Below, piece by piece: positions 8,405-15,196 of a stretch of DNA of 32,000 nt; positions within the stretch are counted from its first letter, which is position 1; each line of letters begins with the position of its first letter. The notes below the pieces were generated by a model. The model worked only from the letters and a program-made list of their open reading frames with translations. It was not told where the DNA came from and searched no databases. Source of the stretch: Telmatocola sphagniphila (lineage in GTDB: Bacteria > Planctomycetota > Planctomycetia > Gemmatales > Gemmataceae); the NCBI RefSeq assembly GCF_018398935.1, contig NZ_CP074694.1:2430001-2462000 (forward strand), written 5' to 3'. A program made the translations under genes and the position numbers.

Positions 8405-9504
8405 TTCCCAGTTTACGGGCGGTCGTTCAGCAGCTTCCCAAGTTCAAGTTCAATCCTCACGTGCACTTGGAACTGAAGTATTCCCAGCCGTTGATCGCCT
8501 GCCGATTCGATCCCTCAGGCCGGTATCTGTTTGCAGCCTCCCAAGACAATACCATACAACGGTTCGATCTCCTCTCCGGAGGGGTCACGCCGCTTCTGGG
8601 CCATAGCGGTTGGGTACGAGCTTTCACTTTTGTGGGTCAAAAAGTGAATCCGACTCCCGTCCTGCCGTTCGGCTATCATGCTGTTGCAGGAGGATTGGAG
8701 GTGGGGACCGAGGCACTGCGCACCGCTCCCCCCTTCAAGTTGGTATCCGTGGACACTTACGGACAAATGTTCTGGTGGGATGGGAATACGACCGATCCTA
8801 AACCGATCCGACGCATCGATGCACATGCGGGTTGGGTACGTGCGGTCGCCACCAGCCCGGATGGTCAAACCATCGCGAGTGTGGGAAACGACAATCTGGT
8901 GAAGCTTTGGAATGCCGCGGATGGTACCGCGAAAAGTACACTTTCGGGGCATACCAGCCATGTTTACAACGTCGCGTTTCATCCCACAGAGAAGCGGTTG
9001 GTTTCCGCCGATCTTCATGGAATTATCAAGGATTGGGATCTTACGAATGGCAAGTCGGTACGCGAATTAGATGCGAAGATCCTCCACAAATATGATTCCG
9101 GATTCATGGTGGACATCGGCGGGGCTCGTGGTATGGCTTTCGACGATCGAGGGGAAACTCTCGCTTGCACGGGGATTACCAATGTTTCGAATGCGTTCGC
9201 CGGAGTCGGCAATCCTCTGGTGATCCTCTTCAACTGGAAGCATGGCAAGGCCACCCAATTGAAGACGAAAGAGGCTTATCAGGGCACCGGGTGGGGTGTG
9301 AATCTGCACAATACCGGGATCGTGATTGCCGCAGGCGGGGGAGGCGATGGCCGTATCTGGTTCTGGCGGCCGAGCGACGCGAGCAATTTTCAGACTCTGG
9401 TCGTGCCTACCAACATCCGCGATATGGCCGTGCATCCGAGTGGGAAGTACCTGGCAATCGCGGGATTCAACGGATCAGCAACTGTTTATGGATTGTTTTC
9501 GTGA
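8401..9504 (+). CDS. WD40 beta-propeller protein
   Basis: 367 aa with repeated blades: LLGHSGWVRAFTF, IDAHAGWVRAVATSPDGQTIASVGNDNLVKLWN, LSGHTSHVYNVAFHPTEKRLVSADLHGIIKDWD. ATG 8401-8403 overlaps the DUF1501 stop 8402-8404 (ATGA). Confidence 0.85.
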   Translation: MIPSLRAVVQQLPKFKFNPHVHLELKYSQPLIACRFDPSGRYLFAASQDNTIQRFDLLSGGVTPLLGHSGWVRAFTFVGQKVNPTPVLPFGYHAVAGGLEVGTEALRTAPPFKLVSVDTYGQMFWWDGNTTDPKPIRRIDAHAGWVRAVATSPDGQTIASVGNDNLVKLWNAADGTAKSTLSGHTSHVYNVAFHPTEKRLVSADLHGIIKDWDLTNGKSVRELDAKILHKYDSGFMVDIGGARGMAFDDRGETLACTGITNVSNAFAGVGNPLVILFNWKHGKATQLKTKEAYQGTGWGVNLHNTGIVIAAGGGGDGRIWFWRPSDASNFQTLVVPTNIRDMAVHPSGKYLAIAGFNGSATVYGLFS

Positions 9505-9749
9505 TTTCTTGCCGATCTGGCACACAATTTTCAAATCATCCCCTGAAAATAAACCTTGGCAATTGCCCAAATTAGCGAGATTGCCTTTGGATAAATTTAC
9601 TGCCAAGAAAAATGCCGGAATATCTTCCGCCTCTCGCCCAATATGACGGCCGTGGAACACCTTTGGTATTTTTTTTTAGCTCATTTCATTCAGGTTTCCG
9701 GCGCGCGTAGAATTCTTCGTTAGTATTCTACCACTCATTCGAGTAACGT

Positions 9750-11729
9750 ATGACCCCCCTCAATTTCTCTCGCAAACAAAATCAATCGGTCCGAAATATC
9801 AAAACCATGCTCCGCAGTCGATTGAGCTGCACGCCGCTCGAAGACCGCTGCGTTCCAGCGACTTTTCTGGTGAACTCCACAGACAATACGCTGGATTCGA
9901 CGATCACGGCCTCGCACATGACCTTGATGGACGCAATCAGTGAGGCCAATGCAACTCCCGGATCGAACACCGTAACTTTCGATCCTTCCCTGTATGCCAA
10001 CGGTGCGGCCACAATTCCCACGGAATTAACCATCTCAGGAAACGTCACCATCAGCGGTCCGGGTTCTGGGAAAATCGTTCTGAAGGCTCCGACTGGCACC
10101 AGTTCCCTGCCGGCTAACGTTTTCAACGTTTTAGAAGGGGCCACAGTGGAACTCGATGGCCTCACCCTAAGCAATGGCACCGGCGCTAACGTCACCACCC
10201 CGGTTCAGGGAACGACTCTAGTGGGTGGGGCAATCAATAATTTCGGGACACTGACGGTGAACGACAGCACCTTCACCGGCAACTCCAGCGGCATTGGGGG
10301 CGCGATCTACAACATTGGAAATTTGACCGTGGCCGATTCGACCTTCAACAGCAACCAGGCACTGCAAGGTCCCGGTGGAGCGATCTATTCCAACTACGGC
10401 ACGGTTTCCATTTCCAATTCCACTTTTGTATCGAACACGGCAACGAACACTTCCACTGGCGGTTCGCTCAGCTCGGGTGGAGCGATCTACAGCAACGATA
10501 CGACGACCAGCATCGTAAACTCGACGATTACTGAAAACAGTGCGACTTCTGTGAATAGCGGACAGCCAGCCGTAGGGGGTGGACTCGGATTCGCCGGGGG
10601 CACAGTCTCGCTCTACAACTCTATCGTCGCTGGGAATACGGTGAGCTCCTCTGCGAGTTCCAGTTCCCAACCCGGCGACATCGATGGGACACTCTTGAAT
10701 AGCAGTTCCAACAGCATTGTCGGTACCGATCCAACGAGCGGTAATCTCGCCGGCGGTCTGACGAGTGGAACAAATGGAAATATTGGTCTGCAAAATTCGA
10801 CTGCAACCAGCGGCGCGATCACAGCCGATCTCTCCCAGATCTTTGGCAGCAATACACTCCAGAACAATGGCGGACCGACCGATACAATTGCTCTCGGCGC
10901 TAATAGTCTGGCTCTAGGTGCGGGCTCCACGCAAGTTCCCGGATACGTGGCTGTCGATCAGACCGGACAGACCCGAAGCTCCCTGACACCCGACATCGGG
11001 GCGTACCAATCTTCACCCGCGGCCTCTCAAAGTCCCCTCGCCCCGGTCGGTGTTCCTACCACTTTCAGCGGCATTTTCGCTCCCGAACCCAGTAGTGACG
11101 GTAATACGGCATTTGTGAAAGGACTTTATCAGTCACTTTTGAAAAGAGCCGGAGATAGTTCGGGTATCGCGGCCTGGGCCGCCGATTTGGACGCGGGAAT
11201 TTCTCGTTACAAAGTCACCGAAGCCTTCATTAACTCGACGGAATATCGGACCGATGAAGTCACGACCTTCTATCAAACTCTACTCAATCGCGCTCCCGAT
11301 AGTACAGGTTTAAATTACTTCGTAGGCCTGCTTCAGAATGGGGACGATGAAAGCGATGTGATTTCGCAGATCGTGTCTTCGCCAGAATTTACCTCTTCCA
11401 ATTCCAGTACTCAGCTCGTCAATAAACTCTATCAGGCCTTACTGGGACGACCAGCGGACGCCGGGGCGGCGGGTTGGATCAACGCATTGAACCTGGGAGT
11501 TACTAGTCCCGGGGCGGTCGCGACAGGAATTTTGGAATCGGCAGAATCTCTCAATTCGATCATTCAGGCCAACTTCAACAGTTTTCTGGAACGCGCTGCC
11601 GATCCCAATGCCGTGAACAGTTATTCTCACGAGTTGCAAAACCATCGAATTACCTTTGGCGATCTACAAGCCAATATCCTGGCATCGAATGAATTTTATG
11701 GGGACGCACTGGCTCACTTGAACTCCTAG
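9750..11729 (+). CDS. Secreted right-handed beta-helix repeat protein with four C-terminal DUF4214-like repeats
   Basis: N-terminal LEDRCVPATFLVNSTDN segment. Many GGAIYN/GGAIYS plus (N/D)STF(T/V/N) repeat units typical of parallel beta-helix/Pmp-type repeats. The C-terminus has 4 copies of the DUF4214 pattern (FVKGLYQSLLKRAGDSSGIAAWAADLDAG; FYQTLLNRAPDSTGLNYFVGLLQNG; LYQALLGRPADAGAAGWINALNLG; NFNSFLERAADPNAVNSYSHELQNH). Alternative start ATG 9807 (MLRSRLSCTPLEDR). Confidence 0.75.
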   Translation: MTPLNFSRKQNQSVRNIKTMLRSRLSCTPLEDRCVPATFLVNSTDNTLDSTITASHMTLMDAISEANATPGSNTVTFDPSLYANGAATIPTELTISGNVTISGPGSGKIVLKAPTGTSSLPANVFNVLEGATVELDGLTLSNGTGANVTTPVQGTTLVGGAINNFGTLTVNDSTFTGNSSGIGGAIYNIGNLTVADSTFNSNQALQGPGGAIYSNYGTVSISNSTFVSNTATNTSTGGSLSSGGAIYSNDTTTSIVNSTITENSATSVNSGQPAVGGGLGFAGGTVSLYNSIVAGNTVSSSASSSSQPGDIDGTLLNSSSNSIVGTDPTSGNLAGGLTSGTNGNIGLQNSTATSGAITADLSQIFGSNTLQNNGGPTDTIALGANSLALGAGSTQVPGYVAVDQTGQTRSSLTPDIGAYQSSPAASQSPLAPVGVPTTFSGIFAPEPSSDGNTAFVKGLYQSLLKRAGDSSGIAAWAADLDAGISRYKVTEAFINSTEYRTDEVTTFYQTLLNRAPDSTGLNYFVGLLQNGDDESDVISQIVSSPEFTSSNSSTQLVNKLYQALLGRPADAGAAGWINALNLGVTSPGAVATGILESAESLNSIIQANFNSFLERAADPNAVNSYSHELQNHRITFGDLQANILASNEFYGDALAHLNS

Positions 11730-11758
11730 TCACCCAGTTCTGATGTGAGATGCCAACT

Positions 11759-11788
11759 GGTTCGAAGTGTGCCCATTCACTTCGAACC
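11759..11788 (+). terminator. Perfect 11-bp stem / 8-nt loop hairpin, no U-tract
   Basis: GGTTCGAAGTG-tgcccatt-CACTTCGAACC, 30 nt after the beta-helix gene stop and 50 nt before the next gene start. The lack of a T-run makes intrinsic-terminator status uncertain. Confidence 0.4.
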
Positions 11789-11838
11789 ACTATAAAACAT
11801 CCAGAGAAGCACGGTATATTCTCCTCCTGGAACTATTG

Positions 11839-14313
11839 ATGAACTTTCCTCCGTCGCAATATTTGCTCCTGCTCTTTTCGTTTCTCGCCTTACCAATTGG
11901 ATCGTTGGCTGCAACACGAGCGGAGGAATCTCCATCGAAAGAGATCCTCCTCCAGGACGCTCTGGTGCTGCGTCCCCTCAGCCGAGGAGCACGTTCCCCC
12001 ATCCATATCGATCCAATCGAATACGAATTAGTGAACGGCCGGTGGAAGGCTCCCCAGGCGGGCGATCCCGTTCAAGGCCCCAATTCGAAACAGAACTGGG
12101 AAGCTGTCAAGGTAAAGGAAGGTCGACTGCAACACCCCGCATTACAGGGTGGCTATCTCTATTGGAGCGTGAATTCCGATAACGAAAAAGTCATGCTGCT
12201 CGAGGCCGCCGGCCATTCCCTGGTTTACGTCAATGGTGAACCGCGAGTCGGCGATCCTTACTCTAACGGCATCTTGCGAATTCCCATTCTGCTAAGAAAA
12301 GGGAACAACAATTTTCTTTTTGCGGCCGGTCGAGGGTCTTTGAGCGCCAAACTTGTCCCAGTGCAGAGTACTGCTCTCCTGAGTGATCGCGACCCGACCC
12401 CGCCCGACTACATTCTCGGGGAAAATTCAGCTCTTTGGGGCGGAGTTGTCGTCATCAATGCGGGCACGAAAGTGCTCGATGCGGATTTGGAAGTAACTTT
12501 GAATTTGGAGAAACCACTTCGACAAAAATTGCCTCGCATCGAAGCTCTCAGCGTTCGGAAAGTGCCTTTTCAGCTGCCTGCCCATGCGGAGAAGCTGGAG
12601 AAACCGAAGTTGACTCTGCGTTTAGTCCCCTCTGCACTCGAGGAAAAAGCGATTCCGGCCCCGATCCAGTTCGATCTGCAACAGAAGAACCCCACGGAAT
12701 TGCATAAGCGGACTTTCATCAGCCAGATTGATGGAAGCGTTCAATACTATGCGGTTCAGCCCGCTAAATCTTCAGAAAATAAAGAAGGCGCACCCGGTTT
12801 GATTCTGACTCTACACGGAGCCGGCGTTGAAGGAATGGGTCAGGCAGCGGCTTACTCTTCAATTCCAGGTGTTCATATCGTCGCGGCCACCAATCGCCGC
12901 CCGTTCGGTTTTGACTGGGAAGACTGGGGTCGTTTCGATGCCATCGAAGTTTTGGAATTGGCGCAAAAGTCGTTGAAGACCGATCCCAGGAGAACTTACC
13001 TCACCGGACATTCCATGGGCGGCCATGGTACCTGGCATGTGGGAGTCACTTTCCCGGACCGTTTTGCCGCGATTGCCCCGAGCGCGGGTTGGGTGAGCTT
13101 CGCCTCCTACGGGGGAGGCCGTCGTTCGACGGAAACGACCCCCATGCAAGATCTACTGCTACGAGCCAGCCTCCCAAGTCAGACTCTAAATTTGAAAAAC
13201 AATCTCTCGCAACTCGGCGTATACATTCTGCACGGCGATGCCGACGACAACGTGCCGGTCGACCAGGCCCGTACTATGCGAAAGGAACTAGCAGAGTTCC
13301 ATCCCGATTTCGTCTATTACGAACGCCCCGGAGCCGGCCACTGGTGGGGCAATCAATGCGTGCACTGGCCGCCGTTGATCGATTTTCTGATACACCATGA
13401 ACTGCCCGATCCCCAGACGCTCCCAAAAATTGATTTTGTCACCGCCAGCCCGGCCATCTCGGATCGCTATCGCTGGGTCACCATTGAAGCACAAATCAAA
13501 TCCTTTGAGCTGAGCTCGGTGCAATTGAATTTTGATCCCAAGGAAATGCGAATCCAAGGAAACACCAAAAATGTCGAACGCTTGACCCTGGATCTCCGCT
13601 CTTTGAAGGCCGCAGGCAAAATCCAGATTCGGTTGGACGGTAGCAAACTGGAAAACTTGAGCCTGCCCGACAGCAAAAAATTGACTCTGATCCGCGATCA
13701 GCAAACCTGGAAGCTTTCCGAACCAGCTGGTCCGGAAATCAAGAATCCGCAGCGATCTGGCCCATTCAAGGAAGCTTTTCGCAATCGGATGGTGTTCATT
13801 TACGGGACGAAAGGAACCTCGGAAGAAAATGCCTGGTCGTTCGCTAAAGCCCGTTATGATGCCGAAACCTTCTGGTATCGAGGAAATGGCTCGATTGAAG
13901 TCATCTCGGATTCCGCTTTCGATCCGGCGAAGTATCCCGATCAAAATGTGATTCTCTATGGCAATGCGGAGACGCACGGCTGCTGGAAGTCCTTGCTCGG
14001 CGACAGCCCGGTTCAAGTCAAACGCGGCCAGATTGCAGTAGGGAAGAAGGATGCATCGGGAGAGAACCTCGCCTGTCTTTTTGTCCGACCGCGCGCCGAT
14101 AGCAAATCGGCTTCGGTAGGAGTTGTCAGTGGCACCGGCCTTCCGGGCCTCCATCTCACTGAACGAATACCCTATTTCAGCTCTGGCGTGGAATTCCCCG
14201 ATTGCACCATCCTGGATACCGAAATGCTACTGAAGGGCTCCCCCGGAGTCCGAATGACCGGTTTCTTTGATAATTCCTGGAGTGTGGACAAGGGGGAATT
14301 TCTCTGGAAATAA
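11839..14313 (+). CDS. Secreted alpha/beta-hydrolase (prolyl-oligopeptidase/esterase-type) serine hydrolase with large N- and C-terminal extra domains
   Basis: Central core LILTLHGAGVEG...TGHSMGGHGTW (GxSxG nucleophile elbow)...ILHGDADDNVPV...GAGHWW (Asp and His candidates). I moved the start to ATG 11839 (MNFPPSQYLLLLFSFLALPIGSLAATRA signal peptide). The track start at 11767 adds 24 non-signal residues. Confidence 0.8.
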   Translation: MNFPPSQYLLLLFSFLALPIGSLAATRAEESPSKEILLQDALVLRPLSRGARSPIHIDPIEYELVNGRWKAPQAGDPVQGPNSKQNWEAVKVKEGRLQHPALQGGYLYWSVNSDNEKVMLLEAAGHSLVYVNGEPRVGDPYSNGILRIPILLRKGNNNFLFAAGRGSLSAKLVPVQSTALLSDRDPTPPDYILGENSALWGGVVVINAGTKVLDADLEVTLNLEKPLRQKLPRIEALSVRKVPFQLPAHAEKLEKPKLTLRLVPSALEEKAIPAPIQFDLQQKNPTELHKRTFISQIDGSVQYYAVQPAKSSENKEGAPGLILTLHGAGVEGMGQAAAYSSIPGVHIVAATNRRPFGFDWEDWGRFDAIEVLELAQKSLKTDPRRTYLTGHSMGGHGTWHVGVTFPDRFAAIAPSAGWVSFASYGGGRRSTETTPMQDLLLRASLPSQTLNLKNNLSQLGVYILHGDADDNVPVDQARTMRKELAEFHPDFVYYERPGAGHWWGNQCVHWPPLIDFLIHHELPDPQTLPKIDFVTASPAISDRYRWVTIEAQIKSFELSSVQLNFDPKEMRIQGNTKNVERLTLDLRSLKAAGKIQIRLDGSKLENLSLPDSKKLTLIRDQQTWKLSEPAGPEIKNPQRSGPFKEAFRNRMVFIYGTKGTSEENAWSFAKARYDAETFWYRGNGSIEVISDSAFDPAKYPDQNVILYGNAETHGCWKSLLGDSPVQVKRGQIAVGKKDASGENLACLFVRPRADSKSASVGVVSGTGLPGLHLTERIPYFSSGVEFPDCTILDTEMLLKGSPGVRMTGFFDNSWSVDKGEFLWK

Positions 14314-14334
14314 ACCTGGCTGACGCCCTGCCGG

Positions 14335-14357
14335 GTTCTCATAAATTTTATGAGAAC
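14335..14357. promoter_or_regulatory. Perfect 23-bp palindrome GTTCTCATA-aattt-TATGAGAAC
   Basis: Seen directly, 21 nt after the hydrolase stop codon. It has the same half-site and spacer geometry as 3213-3235. It could be an operator, or a 3'-UTR hairpin with an AU-rich 9-10 bp stem and no U-tract. Confidence 0.4.
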
Positions 14358-14413
14358 AACTCATCGGACTTTCCCCGGCAAAGTGACAGCCAGGGTTGTT
14401 TTAATATAAGCTC

Positions 14414-14438
14414 CGCCTTATTCGAAAGGCGACTTTTA
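14414..14438 (+). terminator. Intrinsic-terminator-like hairpin CGCCTT-attcga-AAGGCG followed by ACTTTTA
   Basis: A 6-bp GC-rich stem, a 6-nt loop and a short T-run, about 100 nt downstream of the hydrolase stop. Confidence 0.35.
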
Positions 14439-14624
14439 CGCCTGGGTAATCTAAGTTTCTCATCTCTTAAAATCGCCTTACCAAACTCCCAACTCGCCTA
14501 TGAGAATTGAAAATCAAACTGTATACTTAGGAGCGAATTGCCGTATTAATCGATAGGCAATATTAGATTCGGAGAATGCGTTAGCCCAAGTGGCTTTCAA
14601 ATTCCCATTACAAGGATGTGGTAA

Positions 14625-15005
14625 ATGAAAAAAACAATTCTAGCAGCGGCCACTTTCGTAGCCTTGCTCACGGCGGGCGATTCGGCCCGTGCGCAAAGCA
14701 TCGGTTTTGGCATCGGCATCGGACGACCAGGCGTAAACATCGGTATCGGCTACGGTGCCTATGGATACTATCCCCCCGCCCCCGTGGTTGTCAGCCCCGC
14801 AGTCGTCGCGGCACCAGCTCCAGTTGTTCAAGTTCCGGCGGTTTCCGCGGTTCCGACTACTCAAGTCGTTACTCCCGTGGTGGTGACCCAACCGACCGTG
14901 GTTGTTCAACCCGCAGTCGTGGCGCCGCCGGTAGTTGGTGTCGCGGTGATCGGTGGCGGATTCTATCGTCGGCCTTACTACTACGGGCCTTATCGCCGTT
15001 GGTGA
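14625..15005 (+). CDS. Small secreted low-complexity protein (Gly/Ile-rich, then Pro/Val-rich, then Tyr/Arg-rich tail)
   Basis: AAGGA lies 8 nt upstream of the ATG. Clear signal peptide MKKTILAAATFVALLTAGDSARA|QS. The mature part is SIGFGIGIGRPGVNIGIGYGAYGYYPPAPVVV...(P/V/A/T/Q-rich)...GGGFYRRPYYYGPYRRW. A strong hairpin follows the stop. I recognise no family. Confidence 0.55.
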   Translation: MKKTILAAATFVALLTAGDSARAQSIGFGIGIGRPGVNIGIGYGAYGYYPPAPVVVSPAVVAAPAPVVQVPAVSAVPTTQVVTPVVVTQPTVVVQPAVVAPPVVGVAVIGGGFYRRPYYYGPYRRW

Positions 15006-15022
15006 TAGTCTTGTCATGAAAA

Positions 15023-15054
15023 GCTCGACTTGGTTACGCGTAACTCAGTCGAGC
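15023..15054 (+). terminator. Strong compound hairpin after the small secreted protein gene
   Basis: GCTCGACT-tg-GTTA-cgcg-TAAC-tc-AGTCGAGC: an 8-bp outer stem plus a 4-bp inner stem, 18 nt after the stop, followed by AATTTG. Confidence 0.5.
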
Positions 15055-15196
15055 AATTTGTCGAGTCATTGAATCCCCACCGCTCATCATTTTTTGCTTA
15101 AGCTCGATCTCACCAAGCTTGATATAAGCACTCAAATTCACGACTCCTTTTTCATAGAATCCCCTCACATTCAAGTCCCCTTAGTGAGGTTTCGCT

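Noticed and set aside
9518-9533. Sigma54-like TGGCAC-N5-TTTCA just after the WD40 gene
   Set aside because: The -12 element has TC instead of the near-invariant GC, and no enhancer-binding-protein gene is nearby.
9558-9567. GGCAATTGCC palindrome (with ATTGCC again at 9580-9585 and ATTGCC-N13-GGCAAT at 14537-14561)
   Set aside because: The 6-mer is expected many times by chance in 64 kb of two-strand sequence, and the arrangements differ between sites. This is not enough for a motif call.
11759-11788. GGTTCGAA resembles a tRNA T-arm
   Set aside because: It is one arm of a simple 11-bp hairpin. No acceptor, D or anticodon arms can be drawn around it.
13288-14154. 288-aa minus-strand ORF inside the hydrolase gene, and 320-aa ORF 23260..24222 opposite the DUF1559 gene
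   Set aside because: Same reasoning. The sense-strand proteins carry unmistakable motifs (GHSMGG; GFTLIELLVV/H-X9-DG), and the antisense products have none.
14618-15019. Alternative frames over the small secreted protein gene (133 aa plus frame; 125 aa minus frame 14640..15017)
   Set aside because: Only the 14625 frame has an RBS, a canonical signal peptide and a downstream hairpin. The other frames are Arg/Ser/Gly-rich artefacts of the P/V codon bias. I could not exclude them experimentally.
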